Positions 58,984 to 64,000 of a stretch of 64,000 nt of DNA are shown piece by piece. The stretch is from positions 157,062 through 221,061 of the forward strand of contig JACOYR010000001.1 in NCBI GenBank assembly GCA_016181765.1, given 5' to 3'. This DNA comes from Parcubacteria group bacterium. Its GTDB lineage: Bacteria; Patescibacteriota; Patescibacteriia; UBA2169. The number at the start of each line of letters is the position of its first letter. Within the stretch, counting starts at the first letter, position 1. The notes under the pieces were generated by a model. The model saw only the letters and a program-made list of their open reading frames with translations, had not been told where the DNA came from and ran no database searches. Both the position numbers and the translations under genes were made by a program.

Positions 58984-59419
58984 AGTTCTTGAATAAGGAT
59001 GAAGTGAATTTCCACATAATCACATCTCCGGGCCGCACCGCGTACGCGTCCGCCGCGACCTCGGCATATTTGTTGTTCACCCAGTACTGCCAGTACTTTT
59101 TGTCAGCGCCGTTCTCATAGCCGTTGATGTTCCCAATGAGGATGCCGAGGTCGCCATAGTCAGTTGCGGCCACGGAAAGCTCGCCCGATGCGGCGGCGGT
59201 CCGTTCCAGCAACGACCATACCGTATCTCCTTCGGCGACGGAACGATCAGAAAATCCGAGCAGCTCCGAGCCGGTGTCAATCATGATGCTGGTCGGTTGC
59301 TCGGTTTGCGCGTACTCGCCCCTCTCGCCGGTTGCGGATTGGCCATCAAACCCGAGCCCGAGCAAAAACCCGGCAACCAAGAATAGGATTCCGAGAACAA
59401 GAAACTTAATCTGCTTCAT
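58976..59419 (-). CDS. Membrane-anchored DUF4430 (transcobalamin beta-domain-like) protein
   Basis: TVWSLL, GILIGNING, YWQYWVN, VAADAYAVRPGDVIMW. Confidence 0.85.
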   Translation of the reverse strand: MKQIKFLVLGILFLVAGFLLGLGFDGQSATGERGEYAQTEQPTSIMIDTGSELLGFSDRSVAEGDTVWSLLERTAAASGELSVAATDYGDLGILIGNINGYENGADKKYWQYWVNNKYAEVAADAYAVRPGDVIMWKFTSSLFKNYE

Positions 59420-59958
59420 ACAAAACTGATTTGATAATTATGGCCGTGGCTCTCGCCTTTCCGGCGGCGAATCAGGTATGCCGCAATGATAATCAACGTG
59501 CCGTCAACCGCGTATACCGCAACATGCCAAAGGTTCGGAAGCGTGATCGGCGCACGCGGCGTGGACGCTCCCGCAACACGCGGCGCAATGAACTCAAGGG
59601 GGATGCGGATGCCGCCCGCGACTTTCAGAGCCGAACCCTGGCGGCTGTCCAAAGAAACAATCGCAAGGTGTGTTTTTTGGGATTCCGCGGGCATACGAAA
59701 CCGCAGCACCACGTCCTGCGACTCTCCGGGAGCCAGGCTAAACTGTGCCGGATTCATGCTCGCGCGTTCTCTGAACGCGCCAGGCACCGAAAGCCCATAG
59801 CGCTGGGGGATGGTGTCTGTGTTGGTGACCCGCACGCGGGACGTGGCCACTTCTCCGGTAATCCCTTGCACCGCAATGCGCGAAACATCAACCGAAGAGC
59901 TTCCGGCAAGCACGGCGGACGGAATGAGCAGCAGTATTGCAATGATCGCATGCTTCAT
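59416..59958 (-). CDS. Secreted Ig-like protein with C-terminal TM anchor
   Basis: Signal peptide, V.N.D, P..FSLAPGESQ.V, C-terminal TM followed by RRRK. Confidence 0.7.
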   Translation of the reverse strand: MKHAIIAILLLIPSAVLAGSSSVDVSRIAVQGITGEVATSRVRVTNTDTIPQRYGLSVPGAFRERASMNPAQFSLAPGESQDVVLRFRMPAESQKTHLAIVSLDSRQGSALKVAGGIRIPLEFIAPRVAGASTPRAPITLPNLWHVAVYAVDGTLIIIAAYLIRRRKGESHGHNYQISFV

Positions 59959-59960
59959 AC

Positions 59961-61778
59961 CTAATTCGCGCTATGCGCCCAAAAAATTAAGGTTCCGCTC
60001 TCTGCTCCGGCGCTTGCATAGGAGCCGGGCACGGATAGCGTGACGCCGACTGGCGCGTTCCTGTTCCCGGCAACGCTCTTCTGCCACTGGGGCGGAGCCA
60101 CGTTATCCAAGGTCAGGTTGCCGGTGAACAGCGATGATCCGGACACAGATGCGGTAGTGATGATGCTTCCCGCGCTGCTGTTGGTAATCGTAGCCTGACG
60201 GGTTCCGGACTGGCCCGGAAGCAGGGTGCCGAAGTTCAAATCTCCGGACACGCCGAAGCTCACGCCGCCCGTAGGCGTTGATCCGGGCCCCGGGCTGCCG
60301 CCGGCGCCACTGCTGCCAATGGTCACCGAGAGCGGCAAACTTGCCTGCTCCGGAGCATCCCCGACGACAACGAGAATCGCGCCGCTGCGCACGCGGTTAT
60401 CCGCTTCCGCAACCAAGTAGAAGGCACCCTCCTGATTCCAAACAAGACTGACCTGGCCCGCGGCATTGCTGGTGAATGACTCGCTGCCGCGTTTTAAGGT
60501 CGCGCCCGAGAACGGCTGCCATGAGCCGCTTGAGTACTCCTGCACAACCGCGGTTGTTGCGTCCCCTGCCGCGACTGATGAGACGTCATGCACCGCGCGC
60601 AGGGGTTTATCATCCCATGCTCCGTAGTACCAGACAAGCTCGTCTCCTTCGGACATAACGTAATCGCCTGCTCCGACTTGGGCCATTTCGTAGTTTGGCA
60701 GGTACGACCAGCCGTCCGGGCCAGCAGCTGCCTCGCCCGCGATGGTGGTAAGGTAGGGCCCGTACTGCGTATCTTGAATGACGTACGTATACCCGCACGG
60801 GCCCGCCGCGGACTTGATGACGTCAAGGCTGGTTCTGCCTTGCGCCTCTGTATCACAGATCGTTTCCGATTGGCCCTCAATGCGCAACGTAACGGTCGGA
60901 GGCGCGGCAATTGACGCGACCGGGTAGTATTTTCCGGCCATCGCTATTGCCGCGTAGGACGTGGAGACCAGCGTGAATAAATCAGCGCTTAAAGATTGCG
61001 CATCAAACAAAAAGTATCCACCCGCGTGCTGGCGCGCGTTCAAATAATCAACCGGCGTTTTCCCGGCCCGCGACCAAAAACTGACATCCTCTCCGAGCGC
61101 ATACAGCGCGGACAGCGCCCAGGCGGTTGACGGCGTATTGGAAGCGCCTCCCAAAGCCAGGGGAAATCCGCCATCATCATTCTGGCTCGCAAGCAAATAC
61201 TCCGAAGCCCCAAGAACCGCGTCATCGCTCGGCGCAACTCCGGCGGCAACAAGCGCCATGATGCCCATGGCCGTGTAATCAATGCTTGATTCAGTGGCAC
61301 CAGCGGACCAATCCCATCCTCCGTCCGCAAGCTGGTTGGTTTTGAGGTAATTGACTGTCTGCACGACCAAGGAATCATTGGACGGAACGCCCGCTGCATG
61401 AAGCGCGAGCAGCCCAAAGATATCATCGCTCACCATGCTCGCATCTCCGATTTGTCCGTTGCTCGCTTTCTGGCGAAGCCCGTACACCAAGTTTTCGTTG
61501 CCAAATGAACGCGGGTCGCGGCCCAAGGCCGTGATTGCGAGAATATAGGTCGCATAATCATTGGCAGTACTCCCGTCCAGCGCCTTCAAAAATGAGGCAT
61601 CAACGCCTCCTGCGCCGATGGCCGAGCGCGCCATGACTGACCAGTCGGTCTGCGGGTTAATGCCCGCGAGATAGGCCCCAACTTCCGGAGCGACCGCGGC
61701 GCGCGTGGAATCAAAAATCCCTGCCACCGGCAAAACCAGAAGCATGGCGGCTACAATATAGGAAGCGAGTGTTTTCAT
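59961..61778 (-). CDS. Secreted alpha/alpha-barrel plus DUF4430 protein (transcobalamin-like architecture)
   Basis: Signal peptide; Q..DGG(W/F) repeats; SIDYTAMGIMAL; then GPYLTTIAG..GWSY..VGAGDY..EGD; Ig-like C-terminus. Confidence 0.8.
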   Translation of the reverse strand: MKTLASYIVAAMLLVLPVAGIFDSTRAAVAPEVGAYLAGINPQTDWSVMARSAIGAGGVDASFLKALDGSTANDYATYILAITALGRDPRSFGNENLVYGLRQKASNGQIGDASMVSDDIFGLLALHAAGVPSNDSLVVQTVNYLKTNQLADGGWDWSAGATESSIDYTAMGIMALVAAGVAPSDDAVLGASEYLLASQNDDGGFPLALGGASNTPSTAWALSALYALGEDVSFWSRAGKTPVDYLNARQHAGGYFLFDAQSLSADLFTLVSTSYAAIAMAGKYYPVASIAAPPTVTLRIEGQSETICDTEAQGRTSLDVIKSAAGPCGYTYVIQDTQYGPYLTTIAGEAAAGPDGWSYLPNYEMAQVGAGDYVMSEGDELVWYYGAWDDKPLRAVHDVSSVAAGDATTAVVQEYSSGSWQPFSGATLKRGSESFTSNAAGQVSLVWNQEGAFYLVAEADNRVRSGAILVVVGDAPEQASLPLSVTIGSSGAGGSPGPGSTPTGGVSFGVSGDLNFGTLLPGQSGTRQATITNSSAGSIITTASVSGSSLFTGNLTLDNVAPPQWQKSVAGNRNAPVGVTLSVPGSYASAGAESGTLIFWAHSAN

Positions 61779-61780
61779 AT

Positions 61781-61805
61781 AAAAATACCTGCTTCCTCAA
61801 GCAGG
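61781..61805 (-). terminator. Leader terminator or expression-platform hairpin
   Basis: CCTGCTT-GAGG-AAGCAGG followed by TATTTTT immediately before the ATG. Confidence 0.6.
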
Positions 61806-61870
61806 GTCTTTAATGGGCGCAAAACGCTCACTTCCTTACTCGAGGAACCGTCCGCCGAATCGGCGAACGA

Positions 61871-61954
61871 CCTTTCAGTACTCGGACTCCCCGCCCTTGA
61901 GGCGGGTCACCGTTGCGGCACAGCGCCGGATTTGCACCGGACTTCCCTGAAAGG
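61871..61954 (-). ncRNA. Cobalamin riboswitch (compact variant)
   Basis: GGGAAGTCCGGTGCAAATCCGGCGCTGTGCCGCAACGGTGA...GAGTCCGAGTAC, closed by CCTTTCAG/CTGAAAGG. Confidence 0.9.
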
Positions 61955-62087
61955 ATTTATTTAATTGTTACGCAGTGTTACCTTACCACATCCGAGTTGC
62001 GATTCAAGCATACGGTTGTGGATAACGTTCCCCCATGGCCAACCGAACCTTTCTCGGCCATGGGGGGTCACGACAAGCATGAAAATA

Positions 62088-64000
62088 CTAACACTTGGAA
62101 TACCCGCAGCTCCGGCACAGTTGGCACCCTTCGCCCATTTCAAGCACGCCCCCGCACTGCGGGCACTCGGGCGCGTGGCCATGGTCCGCCATTGAGGTGG
62201 AAGCTGCGTGAGTGCCGTGCGCCGCGGCGCCATGATGCAAGGCAAGTTGGGTCTGCTCGCCCCTGATGTGGCGTTCCAGAACTTTTGCGATAGCGTCCGG
62301 AAGCGAAAGAATCTTGTCACCGTTCGTGCCGAAGCTGGGCATGGGCCCGCGGATGCCTTTGAGCTGGGTAATCACGGCTTCCGCAGCAATGCCGCTGCGC
62401 AAGGCAAGGGACGCAAGCCTGCACACGGCTTCCGATTTCGCGTTAAAGAATCCGCCTGCCTTGCCGATTTGCGCGAACACCTCAAACGGCGCGCCGTCCT
62501 CTCCTTCGTTCACGGTCACGTACAAGGAGCCGTACGCGGTCTTTACCTTGTATGTCTTTCCGCTCACCACCTCGGGCCGCGCCTTGGGCTCGCGGTGCGG
62601 CGTTGCTGCTTCGGTATGCGCCTGTTCCTGTTTTTTCGCGGATGCATCCAATGATTCAAGCACTGAAACATCACGGGAGTTCTCCCGAAAATAGGTTACG
62701 CCCTTGCACCCGAGCTCGTACGCTTTTAGGTATAACTCTTTCACGTCCTCGTGCGTATGGTTCTCGGGCGCGTTCACGGTCTTTGATATTGAGGCATCGG
62801 TGTACTTCTGGATGACTGCCTGCATGGTAACATGCTCCAAGGGAGTGAGCTGCTTGGCATTCACAAAGTAATCCGGAACCGGCTCCCCGGGGTGCTGTTC
62901 TAGGTACTCCTTATACATCTGGTGGTACACAATATGCTCGCCAATCCGGTCCTTTCGCTTAAACGAAAAATCGTACACCGGCTCAATGCCGGAAGAAACC
63001 CCTGCCAAGAGGCTCGTGGTTCCGGTCGGAGCCTGGGTTTGGAGAACGCCGTTGCGAATGCCATACTGCTCAATACTTGTCCGAATATCCTCGGGAAGGC
63101 GCTGAATGTAGACGCCCTGCAGGTACTTCTCTTTATCAAAATCCGGAAACGATCCTTTTTCGCGGGCAATCTCAACGGACGCGCGGTAGGATTCGTCCCG
63201 GATAAACCGGTACACCTGCTCCGCGAGCGCGAGAGCCTCGCCGCTGCCGTAGCGGACCTTGAGCTTAATGAGGAAATCCCCGAGCCCCATGGTGCCCAAG
63301 CCGGTCCGGCGCACGTTCATCTGCGCCCTGCGGTTCTCTTCGTACGCATACGGAGTCGCGTCCACCACGTTGTCCGCGAACCGCATGGCAATGCGGACTG
63401 CCTTTCCCAAAGCTTCCCAGTCAACCGTGTTGTCGTCTCTGGCGAACGGCACCAAATTGATGGCCCCTAAATTGCACACGCCCCACGCGGGCAAAGGCTG
63501 CTCCCCGCACGGGTTCACGCTGATGATGTCCTCAAAATACCAGGTATTGGATTCCTTATTGCAGCGCTCCATGAACACGCACCCGGGCTCTCCTGATGCG
63601 TGCGCTGATTCGGTGATGAGATCCCAGAGTTTCGCGGCTCTGACCGTCTTGAACACCTTACCGTCCCACTTGAGATCCCAATCCGCATCGCGCGCAACGG
63701 CGTCCATAAAGCGGTCCGAGACGCACACCGAGAGGTTGGCGTTCGTAATCTGGCCCATCTGGCGCTTGACGGTGATGAATTCCTCAACGTCCGGATGGTC
63801 GTCGTTGATCATGAGCATCAGGGCTCCTCTCCGGCTTCCGCCCTGCTCAATCAAGCCCGTCACGAACGAGTACAAAGCGCCGAACGAAACCGCGCCCGAA
63901 GCGCGCCCGTTCACGCCTTTTACGTACGCGCCGCGCGGGCGCAGTGAAGACAGGTTGACGCCCACCCCGCCGCCGCGCGCCATAATCTCCATCATAGTGG
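62088..64000 (-). CDS. nrdJ: Class II (adenosylcobalamin-dependent) ribonucleotide reductase with C-terminal TSCPD/Zn-ribbon domain, 5'-partial
   Basis: QGGSRRGA, GEPG, NPCGEQ..CNLG, RRTGLGTMG, APTGTTS, ISKTVN, KGVTYFR, CPQC..EGCQLCRSCGYSKC. Confidence 0.93.
   Translation of the reverse strand, partial: TMMEIMARGGGVGVNLSSLRPRGAYVKGVNGRASGAVSFGALYSFVTGLIEQGGSRRGALMLMINDDHPDVEEFITVKRQMGQITNANLSVCVSDRFMDAVARDADWDLKWDGKVFKTVRAAKLWDLITESAHASGEPGCVFMERCNKESNTWYFEDIISVNPCGEQPLPAWGVCNLGAINLVPFARDDNTVDWEALGKAVRIAMRFADNVVDATPYAYEENRRAQMNVRRTGLGTMGLGDFLIKLKVRYGSGEALALAEQVYRFIRDESYRASVEIAREKGSFPDFDKEKYLQGVYIQRLPEDIRTSIEQYGIRNGVLQTQAPTGTTSLLAGVSSGIEPVYDFSFKRKDRIGEHIVYHQMYKEYLEQHPGEPVPDYFVNAKQLTPLEHVTMQAVIQKYTDASISKTVNAPENHTHEDVKELYLKAYELGCKGVTYFRENSRDVSVLESLDASAKKQEQAHTEAATPHREPKARPEVVSGKTYKVKTAYGSLYVTVNEGEDGAPFEVFAQIGKAGGFFNAKSEAVCRLASLALRSGIAAEAVITQLKGIRGPMPSFGTNGDKILSLPDAIAKVLERHIRGEQTQLALHHGAAAHGTHAASTSMADHGHAPECPQCGGVLEMGEGCQLCRSCGYSKC

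Noticed and set aside
59961-61778. Squalene-hopene cyclase or prenyltransferase enzyme
   Set aside because: It is secreted, has a single barrel with no DXDD motif, is fused to DUF4430 and lies under a B12 riboswitch.
62088-64000. Intein or intron in nrdJ
   Set aside because: Conserved motifs are normally spaced in the visible part.

Overview
This is a gene-dense bacterial window (genetic code 11) that looks like a Patescibacteria/CPR genome fragment. That assignment is an inference from the CPR-type surface-protein repeats, TrmB, Gmad2/GerMN, short Ugd and tightly overlapping genes. 1-39.4 kb is a very large, mostly minus-strand cell-surface glycan locus: GT2/GT4s, WecB, AsnB-type amidotransferase, aminotransferase, GtrA, ABC flippase and an O-antigen-ligase/TPR protein. 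It contains three unusual cassettes: (i) a putative cyclitol-phosphate pathway built on a 2-deoxy-scyllo-inosose-synthase-like cyclase fused to a nucleotidyltransferase, (ii) an FkbH/ACP/MaoC/SDR/AcpS/MBOAT/SGNH acylation cassette, and (iii) a small protein/NoeA-like/sulfatase-fold trio. Next come a 1355-aa S-layer-like gene and an ECF sigma/anti-sigma pair; the sigma and S-layer genes share a GTAAC-N16/17-CGTC promoter motif. The rest holds a candidate 6S-like RNA, TrmB, an internally deleted tRNA-Pro, an RRM protein, orphan genes, clpB with a long leader stem and Dsb-type genes. It ends with a cobalamin-riboswitch operon encoding a transcobalamin-like protein and a solitary S-component, directly downstream of class II ribonucleotide reductase nrdJ. 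Three internal deletions (fkbH, tRNA-Pro, thioredoxin/CcdA-like gene) may be assembly artefacts. All family calls come from motif recognition by eye; no searches were run.
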